The position numbers and the translations under genes were made by a program. From an uncultured virus (IMG/VR IMGVR_UViG_3300021185_003028) (lineage: Duplodnaviria; Heunggongvirae; Uroviricota; Caudoviricetes): a stretch of DNA of 64,000 bases. The stretch lies in the IMG/VR virus record IMGVR_UViG_3300021185_003028. One strand, written 5' to 3'. Below are positions 25,435 through 35,917 of the stretch, in pieces (the stretch's first letter is position 1; each line of letters starts with the position of its first letter). The notes below the pieces were generated by a model that was not told the origin of the DNA, made no database searches, and saw only the letters and a program-made list of their open reading frames with translations.

Positions 25435-27195
25435 CTATAACTGACGCTTTAACCATCGAGGTGCGTCTTGGATATTGTCTCTAAACCAAGACGGGATGAG
25501 GTGTGCGCTGTTGCGAGCAAACCGTTGCCATGCTCCATCGAGGATGAACAAATGACCCACATCGTCGGGAGTCCTGACCACACGACCTGCACCTTGTACG
25601 ATTGATAGGGCGGTCTGCAATTGATACCACTTCTGACACGGTGCAGGGCAGGTGAAACCTGCTCCGCACAGGTCGCCACTGTACTTGGTCGGAGGCTCAT
25701 ACGGGCAGGAGGGAGTGTCCTCATGCACCGAACGCCATGCACGCTCGTCTTGCATCATACGCTCGGCGATAACGGGGTCTTTGGTTGGCAGGTACGGCAC
25801 TTTTAGGATGCACAGGAACTCCGCCAATTTGCCCTTGAAATCGAACCCTTGAGTGACATAGGTTGAGATGAGTACGAGGTTGTCACCTTCGCCGCTAAAG
25901 AACTCGGTCAGCACTTCGTCCCTCGCTCTTGAATTGGAATCGTGAGTCCGTATCCTATCTCCGTGACCCAAGTCGATGAGTCCCTGAACGACCTCCTTGC
26001 GTATCGCATGGCTATGTGGCAGGATAACCCCTCGCTTGTTCGGATACTGTCGCAGTATCGCATCCAACGCCTTGACCTGCTTTGGAATCGTGTGCCGTCG
26101 CTTCGCCCATGACATTGAACCACATGGGACATAATGCACATTGAAGTTCTCCTTCGGGAATGGCGACTCGGTGATGTTGATGTAGAGCGTCTTTTGCTCT
26201 TCAAGACCCAATCCATGTAGGAATGTGTCTATGTCGAGTATCGTGGCCGATAGCATGATTCGTCGCTGTGAAACGCTCTCAAGAATCTCAGCCGCATATT
26301 CCCGAACCCGAATCGGTTTCAGAATCAGATAATTGCCCCATTTGTTGTTTTCAAATGACACATGAACATTGCTCGGTCTGTGAAGAATCTCAATTGCCGT
26401 TTCTAACTTGCTAACAGCGTCTCTAATGGCCTCGACTTGCTTCTCGGTCGTTCCCATGCCTAAATCCGCTTCGGCCTTAGAGAGGGCTGTCTTGGCTAAT
26501 TCCTGACGCTCCTTCAATTCGGCTCTCCAATCCTTCGGGGTGAGGTGGTTTGGGAATCTCCCTTTGCCAAAGACGGTTTGCCATTCCTTAGCGGACAACC
26601 GAACCTCAAGCAGGTCGTGGATGAATCCCTCCATATCGTGTGCTTCGTCAATGATGGCGAACTCTCGCTGTTGGAAGTTCGTGAACCCACGAACGGCACG
26701 GAACAGATAGGCAGGGTTGGATAGTGTCAGACGAGCGTCCTCAGCGGCGAATCGTTGCTCGTAGTAGCCACATGGCTCTCCTCCGTCTTCTTCACGCTTG
26801 GAGTGCTTGCACGAGCCGCTGTTCTTAGACCAACAGGGCGCACCTTTGGCCGTACCTGACCTTGCCCAACAGTCGAAGTTAGAACGGCCTCTGACTTCGC
26901 TAAGACGGTGTCCGTAGTCCTTTTTGTATTGCTCCGTCAGTCCCAAAGAGGGTGTGAGGAGGTACGCTGATTGGAACTTATTCTGAATCGTCATGGCGAT
27001 AGGAGACTTGCCAATGCCCGTCGGGGCTTGGATGACTATGTTGTCAAAGTCGTCGTTTTCCAACGCCCAATACGCTACGGAGAGCGCATCGTCTTGATAT
27101 TTGCGAGGCGAGGGATGGGGAAAGTGCGGTTGTATCTCATCCCACATGTCAGGCAATTTTGCTTTAGAAGGAATGTTGATACGGACGACCGTCAT
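25435..27195 (-). CDS. XPD/Rad3/DinG-family SF2 helicase (Fe-S)
   Basis: QAPTGIGKS, GRSNFDC cysteine cluster, IIDEAH, LSATI, QGAGRVVR. Confidence 0.9.
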   Translation of the reverse strand: MTVVRINIPSKAKLPDMWDEIQPHFPHPSPRKYQDDALSVAYWALENDDFDNIVIQAPTGIGKSPIAMTIQNKFQSAYLLTPSLGLTEQYKKDYGHRLSEVRGRSNFDCWARSGTAKGAPCWSKNSGSCKHSKREEDGGEPCGYYEQRFAAEDARLTLSNPAYLFRAVRGFTNFQQREFAIIDEAHDMEGFIHDLLEVRLSAKEWQTVFGKGRFPNHLTPKDWRAELKERQELAKTALSKAEADLGMGTTEKQVEAIRDAVSKLETAIEILHRPSNVHVSFENNKWGNYLILKPIRVREYAAEILESVSQRRIMLSATILDIDTFLHGLGLEEQKTLYINITESPFPKENFNVHYVPCGSMSWAKRRHTIPKQVKALDAILRQYPNKRGVILPHSHAIRKEVVQGLIDLGHGDRIRTHDSNSRARDEVLTEFFSGEGDNLVLISTYVTQGFDFKGKLAEFLCILKVPYLPTKDPVIAERMMQDERAWRSVHEDTPSCPYEPPTKYSGDLCGAGFTCPAPCQKWYQLQTALSIVQGAGRVVRTPDDVGHLFILDGAWQRFARNSAHLIPSWFRDNIQDAPRWLKRQL

Positions 27196-27221
27196 ACCCC
27201 TAAAGGGGAGACCCACCTATT

Positions 27222-27479
27222 TCAAACGAAGTGTTTGTATGAATCCCATGTGCCGTCATAAAATGCTTCTTCGACAGCCGAAAGGAGGTTTCTTCGGAAT
27301 CTTCGATATTGTCTTCGTGCATGAGAATTGGCTTTTCGTTCGGTTGAGCCACGACGGGCAGGTATCTGTTCAACCTGTTCTCCGAGAACGAAGAATACAA
27401 GGGATTCTTTCACTTCTTCGGCGATTGCATGTTCGGTGTAGTCCATGTTTGTTAATTCGATGTTGGTGTAGTAAGTCAT
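27222..27479 (-). CDS. Hypothetical protein
   Basis: MTYYTNIE start after promoter plus AGAGGCGAA leader. Confidence 0.6.
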   Translation of the reverse strand: MTYYTNIELTNMDYTEHAIAEEVKESLVFFVLGEQVEQIPARRGSTERKANSHARRQYRRFRRNLLSAVEEAFYDGTWDSYKHFV

Positions 27480-27492
27480 TCTTTTTCGCCTC

Positions 27493-27526
27493 TGTTTAAT
27501 CGTAGGGTGCAGTCCTATATAAAGAT
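27493..27526. repeat. 34-bp exact dispersed repeat (class I promoter), second copy at 39080-39113
   Basis: TGTTTAATCGTAGGGTGCAGTCCTATATAAAGAT is identical at both sites. Confidence 0.9.
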
Positions 27527-27600
27527 AGCGGACAAAGGTTTCCTCGACAGTATATAAAGAATCACGGATTCTCTCAAAGAAACGATGTGCTGTTATCATG

Positions 27601-30600
27601 TCAGATAGGCCAACCTGCGACACCCAAACCTGTCGTGTCACCTTCACCGACTGTGGTGAAAGAGCCGCCCAAGTACGGATAGTACAATCTCGCTCCGCCG
27701 TGCATGGTGTTCATCCAAGACAGTTCATTGGTTGCCCATTTCAAATCGAGTTCACTTGCATCGAATCCCCAAAATCTCTGATTGCGTAACTGTGGGTTGG
27801 TGTGGGTAAAATCCTCATGTCCGTTCATCGACTGCGCCGAGCCGACAGGATACCAACCGTTAGTCGAATCGTAGTTCATAGATGGTACGGACAGCCATCG
27901 GACATTGATTGAACGAAGGACTTCATCGGCCTCTGTTGCGTCCTGTGAGAACTCAAATGTGGGCATCCACACTTCCATGAAGTGAGTCACTTTACCTGTC
28001 GAAGGTTCAAGGAATGTACCACCATCAGGCCAATCTCCGTCTCCCGTCACCACATATCCTCCACCGTCACCCTTAGCCGCAGGCGGGGTGGTTGATGCGT
28101 CACTTGCAGGTGTTGTAGCCCATTGAAGGGGTGCTATGGTTGCGTCTGTCACACCGTCTCTGAACAGGCCACCTACTATCCTATCAGCGTCCGCACCCGC
28201 AAGAGTGAAACCGAGAATCATGTGTAGTTCTCCCTTGCCATTGGTCGTCATTGTCATGTGTTGATAATCGGGGCGCACAGTCGCATTTTTGGGTATGAAT
28301 AACGCTTTAGTGACACCTAATCCATTGGCCGATGTGTATTGTTTTGAGAATGGGACTGCGGCGTTGAACGAGTTAATTAGGACTGTTCGCCCTGCGTCGT
28401 CCTTGATTATCGTCACATAGGCACGGTTGGATTCGTCGATGATTGCATCGTAGTAAATGACATTCTGAGTAGGATACTGAGCCGCATTTTGCACACCGAC
28501 AACATGAATCGCCTTGCTCAAATCGAATATGAATCGGCCCGCAGGGTCGTAACTGCCTGTTTCGTTTCGACCGACATTTGCGTAGATTGCGTTATGCGCT
28601 CTGTCGCCCAAAGTGCTCGCCGCCGCCGCCGCTCCACCTCGATAAAACACCATTGGTGTATCGTTGCCGATAAGGCAAACCTTCGGTTTGTCACAGTCAG
28701 TAACCTTGTGGTTCGTCGAGCCGCCATCATTGTCTGATGCGACGACTGGTTCGCTCGTAGTGGCATTGACCTTCGACCAAGAATTATCAGTCCACCCCGA
28801 AGGGTCTGAGATGTATGGTGGCAAAGGCAAAAACGATGTATCAGTGACCAATTTTGTACTGTAAATGATGTGCGTCTTAGCATCAACCATGCGACAAGCG
28901 AGGTGCAACCTATCGTTGCTGTCGCATGCCAATGAAGGCTCTCTCAAATCATACGATGACTGATTGCCAATGATGACTGCCGTGTGCTGTGACCAATCCC
29001 ATTCATACACAGGTGACGGGTTATAGGAAACCAATTTCCTATTTGCGTATGTATAATACAATTTATGTTCCGCATTCGAGTCTTCAATTTCTACAATAGC
29101 GTGAATAGTACCTCTACTATCGGAAGCAAAGCAAGCCGAACGCAGGTGTTGGCTCACTCCGATGTGCGGGCCAACCTCGTCTTTTCCATCGTAGGCTGAG
29201 ACTGATGGATTGACTCGCTGTGCCTTTCGATTCCAAAATAGGTCGTTATGCAACGGTTTTGAGTAGTGAGTGAACACTGGATTTTCGCCCATTCCTGTCT
29301 TACCTGACCGTTCAATGTTGAATATGTGCAGTGTCCCGTCGTCGGTTCGTAGAATCCTTTGCCCCTTTCCAAGACCGTCGTCGTGATAGGTGCTCTTGGA
29401 TTCGGCCGCCAATCGGATGACCTCACCACTCATCTCACCTCGATTCTGTGATACGAGGCTCGCTTTGACCGTGTCCCCTGAACCCGTTCCTCTTCCTGAT
29501 ACGATTGAACCTGAGTCCCACATTGGCCGTGTCACAGAAGACACATGAACATCAACCGACGACTGCAATTGCTCGGCGACTGCAACATAGTCGAGGTCAC
29601 TTATCTCGTCGATTCGACCAAGAATTGCAGGTGCGTATCGTTCGTTTTCGATGACTGCCAAGTCGTAGTCGTTATTGGGCATAATAGGTATCGCCCCTGC
29701 GTGAAAGTGCTCGGTAGGATGGTCGTTCCAAAACGCATTCAATTTGTCTCCAACCAACAACGGCCCACGACCAATCTCTGTTCCGACTGCACCCAATCCC
29801 TGTGTAGTGTTGCCTGCTATTCGTGATGCGTCGTCCCATAAGTTAGTTCGGAGATAGTATTGACCCAATGGAGTTCGTGCTGAGGCAGGTGTAGCCTTGC
29901 CACCCAATTCATAGCCTGTGTTGAACTTGATTCCTCCGTCCAAGTGAAGCGTGTCAGTTCTGTGAAACGGAGTCTCCATTTCAAGGTCAAGACTGTTGCG
30001 TCCACCCGCACGAGCACGCACTGACACCTGTGCAGGAGCGAGTAGGTGAATCGGTATGTCATAACCCACTCCACCGTGAACCTGCTTCCATGTTCTCGTG
30101 GGCTTGAACGGGTGATTGGTCGTTGTTATCCCGTAGTGTAGCGGGCCATGATGACTCCAAAACGACTGTGTTCCTCTCATCAGATTGTACGAGTCAGTGC
30201 GACCAAAACCATTCCACTGCGCCTGCAATGTTGGTGTGACAGATGTTCCCATTGCCACACTCGCCGCTTCGGGTGAGTCAGAGAAGAACACAGTGTTGTC
30301 ACCGTAGCCTATCGGGTCGTATAACCCACGAGGGAACGACCAACCCGACCACCCACATTCTTGATGCGGATTGGCACTCGCTCCGAAGTCAGAGAATCCA
30401 ATAGTGGTGGGTACGAATGTTGTCATTTTCAAATGGTCGGCACGCTCAGTGGCCCATGTATCAATGTTGGACTGAGCAGGTGAGTCGGAGTAGCCTGAGA
30501 TGAGTTCAAGGGGTTGCAGGGTGGGATAACCGTGCTGAATCCCTGCAATGAATAAATGTGGCAGGCTCTTAGGCAAAACAGCGTAGGAACACCTCACTTC

Positions 30601-33600
30601 GGGGTATGAGCCATAAGTGATTGGGATTGCTCTCTGACCGCTCTCTGAGTACCAATATGAGATACGAGAACCACTCCACCACGAGTCCTTGAAAGTCCAA
30701 TTCTGTGTGTAATATGTTTCGCCATCAACACGAATCGCCTCGGCGTCGAACATCCGTCGGCCTCCGACAGCCTTGCCGTTATCGGCGGGAATATCCGACC
30801 ATAACAGAATCAGGGAACGAGCACTGGTGTTCGTTACAATTCTTGCCCACGATGGAGACAGGTCGAAGTTATCTCCTCCACCTTGATGACCCGTTCCGCT
30901 TCCGTTAGTCGGAGAGGGAGGTGGAGTCGGCAACACTTCACCTGTGATTGGGTCAAGGTGTTGCTCTCCTGTGTTTGGGCTGTCACCGCTCGTGATAGGC
31001 ACACATTCGTTGCCGCTTCGATAGTAGCCCGCAGGGCATCCTCCACCCGAACCCGAATCGGGGTTAGGTGGGTAATTTATGTCACTTGCGGGGTATTCCT
31101 CCTCCGAGCCAATGTAGTCTCTGTGGATGGCCGCCATCATTGACTTGCCGTTATCCATGAATCGGAACGATGAGCAATGCAAGGTGGGATGGAATATGGG
31201 GTCGTTCCCTGTATTCAGGCTGTGTCGAGGGTGCATTGCCGCCGCTTTGTCTTCACGGCCGAGATAGCGCATGAGTTCGATTTGAGGGAACACCCAATCA
31301 TGCACACTCCATCCCTCATATTGGGCAAACCTATTCACGATTGAATTGCTCATTGTCAGTGTACTGTTTGGCAACGGCGTCGTCACCAAGTCCCCTGCTT
31401 TGTAAAGAGGAGTGGTCATGACACTCGTAGCAATGTTGCGATAGAATGGGTCAGTCGATGGGTCGTATTTGAAGACCAAAAGTTCGCTTCCTCGTGGGTA
31501 CGCAAGTTCTCCGACTCCATCCGCCCACACTTGACCATTGCCCCATGTCTCGTCGTTGAAGTGATTAGCGTCGATAGCATCAGCCGATACGAACAGTTCC
31601 CCACCGTAAGCATCAGCATCCCATAGATGAGAGATTCCGCCTCGCTGATAAAATCCACCTGCTTCGATTGCCGCACATAGCAACGGGACTTTCGCCCATG
31701 ACAGATTTGCTAACGGTCTGAACGGTGTCAATTGATGGAGATTCCATCCACCATTCGTGCTATCGTGACGAGGTATGACTGAGTCGGGACACGACGAGTC
31801 AGCAGTCCGCAGTCCCATGAGTGTTGAATTGGCATCATTGACAAAATAAATGCGCTCAAGAGTCGGGTCTATTCGGAAGACTGCGTGGTATATTTCACAC
31901 CCTTCGTCTTCCAAATCCATGTTCGCAGTCAGACGCTTTGTCTGAGGAAAATTGCGATTGGTCGGTGTCCCATCAGTCGTTGAATCCAAATCAACAGTAG
32001 CATTGATTCTCGTCTTCTCTGTGAGGCTGATTATGACATGGTAATCGACTGTCGGCTTCTTGAAAGTTATTGAGTTCGATTGGGGGTGAGATGCGCCCGC
32101 AGTCACGATAGTATCGACCGTATCGACCAAGACGGGGACGACCTTCACTTTGGTCGGTATTCGGTCTTTCATGAACGACTGAGATAATTCAATCGTCCCC
32201 TGCCAAGTCGAACCCGCCGCTGTGGTATCGCCGAGAATATACCTCGACGCTCCTTTCGATATGGCCCTGTTCAGTGTGTTCTGATTCACTTGATTATTAT
32301 TCACTTGATTGAATGAATGTCTGACACTGTTCACTGCGTTGCCAAGTGATGCGTGTGACACTCGCCCTGTGTGGAAGCGTGTTCCGTTTGCTTGCATACT
32401 GAATGTAGTTCCCTTGAAGTCGGTTCTAACACCTGTCGTGCTCATCCCCTCGGTCATTGGTTGGACGAACTCGCCGTCGCTTCCGTACCTGTACGCAGGG
32501 TTGATGGTATCGCTTGCCATAGCCAACCCATTTCGACGAAGAGTGTTCCCTGAGTGGACTTGAATGTTGATACCTGCGAACATACCCGCTCCGTCCTCAT
32601 TCCACTGCCTCTGAGGCACGAGAGGGCTTGCGGGGGGTGCTTGGGCGTATGGAGGGTTAGAACGCTTAGAAACGCTTAGAAACGCCGTTGCTGAGATAAC
32701 CCCTTCGTATCCGATGAGAGCGCATGTGTCAGCGACGACATGATTGCCCAAATCGACTCTCCCCAACATGAAAGTCTCCTCGATTGTCGAAGGTTGAGTC
32801 TTATCTGAGAACTCATCAGCGACGAATATCGTTTGCATCGTTTCAGGCGGTAGTGGTATCGACGAATGGTCGGCGGCGGTTATGGAGTTCGATAACCCGT
32901 CAGGGCCACTAAGCGGCTTACCAAGTTCCAATTGCGTCTGTTCAATTTGTAGGTTCATGCCCCAATGTGCCGAGTATTGTTGCATATCGGTCAGGACGAA
33001 TGGGGAAGAGTCTGCAATTGCGTTCGCTGAACACGACCACAGAGATGAGATGAATGCTGAGTTATGGTTGTCGCCGTATGTGCGACCGTAACCGTTGCTC
33101 GGCAAGTCAGTGTTCGCCATGTGAGTTATCGCCGTACCATGCCGAGGGAATCCACCCGCAGGGTCTTCGTTCATTGCCGAGCCGATTTGCATGTCTATGG
33201 ATGGCATCATGCGAGACGGGGCGTATGTATCACTATCCGCCTCCGCTCTCATACCTTGCCATGTGTAATTGCCTGCACGAGCGGAAGAGTAGAATCGGCG
33301 AGGGTGTTGAAGGTGTCTCCCTGCGTTGCTCGTAGTGGCCTGTACGAGGGGCGTGTAGGACAGGAATTGCGCCGTGTCTCCGAATGCGGGGGTTTGACAA
33401 ATCGTCGCCTGAGCGTGCTCTAATGAGCCTGTACCGTAGTTCAATCGTGGAGGGGTCGTATCGGCGACAGCACCTGCTAAATTGACTATGGTTGAATCGG
33501 GAATGGTCACACCCGTAGGCGTACTCGCATTGTTGAACTGCAACGCAGGTGACGCAGGTTGAACCTTGCCGTTGGTTGGCCTGTTGAGTGGAGTCCATAG

Positions 33601-33741
33601 GTTCGTATCGAACAGAGCGAGGTTTTCATTCCCTGCCCCCGCAGTGTCGGCATAATTGTCAGCCCACACCAAAGTCAGTGGCAAACCTGCCCCTGCCCCC
33701 AACGGGGGGACGAGGTCAATGCGTGACGCAGGCACAGCCAT
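27601..33741 (-). CDS. Giant virion protein (2046 aa); C-terminal beta-propeller-like repeats, possible adhesin/tail spike
   Basis: Repeated DSRGTIH, DSNDRLH, NGKGELH strands; structural-class promoter GTTATGAACC. Confidence 0.7.
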   Translation of the reverse strand: MAVPASRIDLVPPLGAGAGLPLTLVWADNYADTAGAGNENLALFDTNLWTPLNRPTNGKVQPASPALQFNNASTPTGVTIPDSTIVNLAGAVADTTPPRLNYGTGSLEHAQATICQTPAFGDTAQFLSYTPLVQATTSNAGRHLQHPRRFYSSARAGNYTWQGMRAEADSDTYAPSRMMPSIDMQIGSAMNEDPAGGFPRHGTAITHMANTDLPSNGYGRTYGDNHNSAFISSLWSCSANAIADSSPFVLTDMQQYSAHWGMNLQIEQTQLELGKPLSGPDGLSNSITAADHSSIPLPPETMQTIFVADEFSDKTQPSTIEETFMLGRVDLGNHVVADTCALIGYEGVISATAFLSVSKRSNPPYAQAPPASPLVPQRQWNEDGAGMFAGINIQVHSGNTLRRNGLAMASDTINPAYRYGSDGEFVQPMTEGMSTTGVRTDFKGTTFSMQANGTRFHTGRVSHASLGNAVNSVRHSFNQVNNNQVNQNTLNRAISKGASRYILGDTTAAGSTWQGTIELSQSFMKDRIPTKVKVVPVLVDTVDTIVTAGASHPQSNSITFKKPTVDYHVIISLTEKTRINATVDLDSTTDGTPTNRNFPQTKRLTANMDLEDEGCEIYHAVFRIDPTLERIYFVNDANSTLMGLRTADSSCPDSVIPRHDSTNGGWNLHQLTPFRPLANLSWAKVPLLCAAIEAGGFYQRGGISHLWDADAYGGELFVSADAIDANHFNDETWGNGQVWADGVGELAYPRGSELLVFKYDPSTDPFYRNIATSVMTTPLYKAGDLVTTPLPNSTLTMSNSIVNRFAQYEGWSVHDWVFPQIELMRYLGREDKAAAMHPRHSLNTGNDPIFHPTLHCSSFRFMDNGKSMMAAIHRDYIGSEEEYPASDINYPPNPDSGSGGGCPAGYYRSGNECVPITSGDSPNTGEQHLDPITGEVLPTPPPSPTNGSGTGHQGGGDNFDLSPSWARIVTNTSARSLILLWSDIPADNGKAVGGRRMFDAEAIRVDGETYYTQNWTFKDSWWSGSRISYWYSESGQRAIPITYGSYPEVRCSYAVLPKSLPHLFIAGIQHGYPTLQPLELISGYSDSPAQSNIDTWATERADHLKMTTFVPTTIGFSDFGASANPHQECGWSGWSFPRGLYDPIGYGDNTVFFSDSPEAASVAMGTSVTPTLQAQWNGFGRTDSYNLMRGTQSFWSHHGPLHYGITTTNHPFKPTRTWKQVHGGVGYDIPIHLLAPAQVSVRARAGGRNSLDLEMETPFHRTDTLHLDGGIKFNTGYELGGKATPASARTPLGQYYLRTNLWDDASRIAGNTTQGLGAVGTEIGRGPLLVGDKLNAFWNDHPTEHFHAGAIPIMPNNDYDLAVIENERYAPAILGRIDEISDLDYVAVAEQLQSSVDVHVSSVTRPMWDSGSIVSGRGTGSGDTVKASLVSQNRGEMSGEVIRLAAESKSTYHDDGLGKGQRILRTDDGTLHIFNIERSGKTGMGENPVFTHYSKPLHNDLFWNRKAQRVNPSVSAYDGKDEVGPHIGVSQHLRSACFASDSRGTIHAIVEIEDSNAEHKLYYTYANRKLVSYNPSPVYEWDWSQHTAVIIGNQSSYDLREPSLACDSNDRLHLACRMVDAKTHIIYSTKLVTDTSFLPLPPYISDPSGWTDNSWSKVNATTSEPVVASDNDGGSTNHKVTDCDKPKVCLIGNDTPMVFYRGGAAAAASTLGDRAHNAIYANVGRNETGSYDPAGRFIFDLSKAIHVVGVQNAAQYPTQNVIYYDAIIDESNRAYVTIIKDDAGRTVLINSFNAAVPFSKQYTSANGLGVTKALFIPKNATVRPDYQHMTMTTNGKGELHMILGFTLAGADADRIVGGLFRDGVTDATIAPLQWATTPASDASTTPPAAKGDGGGYVVTGDGDWPDGGTFLEPSTGKVTHFMEVWMPTFEFSQDATEADEVLRSINVRWLSVPSMNYDSTNGWYPVGSAQSMNGHEDFTHTNPQLRNQRFWGFDASELDLKWATNELSWMNTMHGGARLYYPYLGGSFTTVGEGDTTGLGVAGWPI

Positions 33742-33781
33742 GTTCGGGAATAGAACGGGGGTGGTTCATAACGGTGGCGAC

Positions 33782-33931
33782 TTAGTCGCTATTGGTGTCG
33801 TTGCAGGTATGACAGAACACAGCCACCCATACCCCGTCTTGCTTTGGCGAGCACGGTTCATGTGAGAACCCCAATACTCGTGTGCAATTGATACATTTAA
33901 CTTCGTGGGTAAGGTCGCTTCTTCGGGCCAT
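33782..33931 (-). CDS. Small zinc-finger protein
   Basis: CINC...CHTC; own promoter. Confidence 0.65.
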   Translation of the reverse strand: MARRSDLTHEVKCINCTRVLGFSHEPCSPKQDGVWVAVFCHTCNDTNSD

Positions 33932-33968
33932 GATTAACCATAGGGGGTGTCCTATATAAAGATTCCGC

Positions 33969-34313
33969 CTATTCTTCTTCTTCAATCATTTCAAGTTCGC
34001 CTTCGTCATTCTCAAAGAATCGAGACTTGCCTGCGTTCTTGATATACACGACACCTCTACTGTTCCGTGCAAAGGCGTTCAGTGGCCTATTCTGACGCAT
34101 AGCCAACGCACACAGTTCGCAGTAGTGGTCAGAGTCTTCTGTGTGCAATGGAGCACCTGAAATTGCCCTGAGAGCATCGACTGTCTTCTGTATTTTCTTG
34201 TCTTTGTAGCGTAGGACAACCGTGCATGGCTCTCCATGAATATCACATTTATGATGGCACTTGCGGCCACGCAGTCGCTTTATCATCCTCTTTTTATCCT
34301 TATCACTTTGCAT
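33969..34313 (-). CDS. Cys/His-rich hypothetical protein
   Basis: CHHKCDIHGEPC...HYCELC; overlaps the glycosyltransferase stop. Confidence 0.6.
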   Translation of the reverse strand: MQSDKDKKRMIKRLRGRKCHHKCDIHGEPCTVVLRYKDKKIQKTVDALRAISGAPLHTEDSDHYCELCALAMRQNRPLNAFARNSRGVVYIKNAGKSRFFENDEGELEMIEEEE

Positions 34314-35628
34314 GTTCAGTCACCTTTGTATTGTTTCCATGTGGATGCGGTTTGTCCTTAGCCTCCAACAGAATGCTCTCCAATTTGTCAGTCAGGAGTT
34401 CCCAATCGCAGTTCTCTACGACCCATTCCCTTGCTCGCTTGCTCATGTCACTGCGCTCCAAGTGAATCATCCTATCCATCTGTTTAGCGAGGTCTTCGAT
34501 TGACACGACTGATAACTTGACGCCCTGTGTTGGGCCTGTTATGTATGTGTCATTTTTGACAGAAAATCCTCTGCTTGAAGACTTTTTGCCGACGAGTTCC
34601 CTCGCTGTTGAGTTATCGGGGAGGATAACGGGGAGGCCGCAGGCCATTGCCTCAACGGTGGTCAAACCGAATCCTTCACCTGCCGTAGCGGAGACATGAC
34701 AGTCGGCGATTTGGTACAATTTTGCCATCTGTTCTCGTGTCAATCCATGAATCGGATTGCTCGATATGTCAGAGAATGTGATGTTGCCCTCTAAGCCCAT
34801 CTCACTGACCATGTGAGGCAAGTTCCACCCTCCGAGGCCACGAAGGTTCGTTGGGTCTCCTGTGTGCAGTATGAGGCCGTATTGGTGACGCTGAAACGAC
34901 GGTATGCCGTCGAGCATCAGAGCGAATGCTTCGATGAGACGAGGTATCTGTTTGCGGTTTCCATTGCGTCCCACTGAGACGAAGACGAAGTCCCACTGTG
35001 GGACACCCAATTGCTCTCGCATGGTCGCCTTTTCCTCCTCAGAGATAGGACAGAATACATCGGTATCGACTCCGTGATAAAGCACCTCAGTCTTTGAATC
35101 CTGATAGCGGTCGAGGAACGGCTCACGCAGGCTCTCACGACCCGTACCATCTGAATTGTACGACTCGATGAACTGTTCAAATTGTTGCTTACCAAACCGA
35201 CTCATCCATAGCGGAGTGTGAGTCATGGCGATAATGTCTTTCCATTGATACGAGAACGGTGAGCCGTCGATTGGAAGGTACGATACATGCGGGACACCCC
35301 ATCTGTTGCATGAGCGAACCATGTTGGGTGTATTCTGAATATCAGTGAGGCTGAAAAACACATCAGGCTTGATGGTTTGCAGGTTGTAGTCGAGGACTGA
35401 GACCCCCTCAGTGATGTGGTCGTTTCCCTGTCCCGACAATCCTGAATTGACCAAGACCCAACCCTCTTCGTGGTTGATTGCTTCTCCGTTGTATTCCCAA
35501 CCCATGACAAAGACTTCGTGGCCTCTTGCGGCCAATCGCTTGACCAATTCACGAGAGACTACACCGTAGCCCGTCGGTCGTGTGGGTTGCTCAGAACCCC
35601 ATAGGATTCGCATTTTGGCATCGCTCAT
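34303..35628 (-). CDS. GT4 (group 1) glycosyltransferase
   Basis: TGYG, HGVDTDVF, VGRNGNRK, EGFGLTTVEAMACGLPVI. Confidence 0.92.
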   Translation of the reverse strand: MSDAKMRILWGSEQPTRPTGYGVVSRELVKRLAARGHEVFVMGWEYNGEAINHEEGWVLVNSGLSGQGNDHITEGVSVLDYNLQTIKPDVFFSLTDIQNTPNMVRSCNRWGVPHVSYLPIDGSPFSYQWKDIIAMTHTPLWMSRFGKQQFEQFIESYNSDGTGRESLREPFLDRYQDSKTEVLYHGVDTDVFCPISEEEKATMREQLGVPQWDFVFVSVGRNGNRKQIPRLIEAFALMLDGIPSFQRHQYGLILHTGDPTNLRGLGGWNLPHMVSEMGLEGNITFSDISSNPIHGLTREQMAKLYQIADCHVSATAGEGFGLTTVEAMACGLPVILPDNSTARELVGKKSSSRGFSVKNDTYITGPTQGVKLSVVSIEDLAKQMDRMIHLERSDMSKRAREWVVENCDWELLTDKLESILLEAKDKPHPHGNNTKVTEHAK

Positions 35629-35666
35629 GGTTTTGAACGGCACGCCCACGCTTATGACCGTTTCGC

Positions 35667-35879
35667 TCAACGGGTATAGACAGTCCACCAATTGTTGAAC
35701 CGTCCTCGATAGCACTTGACGCAAGCACGGTCGCCTTCTCGTCGGCATTGCATAGCAATAATTCGTGCTGTGTCTTCGTGGTCGTGCGTGCTTGTATGAA
35801 AGTATTCATAGCCTCTAAATAGAATCGTGTTCGGGATTTTTGTATCATCGTGCATCTCGTAGTTCATTTCATCGGTCAT
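35667..35879 (-). CDS. Small hypothetical protein
   Basis: Own promoter. Confidence 0.65.
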   Translation of the reverse strand: MTDEMNYEMHDDTKIPNTILFRGYEYFHTSTHDHEDTARIIAMQCRREGDRACVKCYRGRFNNWWTVYTR

Positions 35880-35917
35880 GTTTAACCCTATGGGGTTCAC
35901 CTATATCAATGTATCGC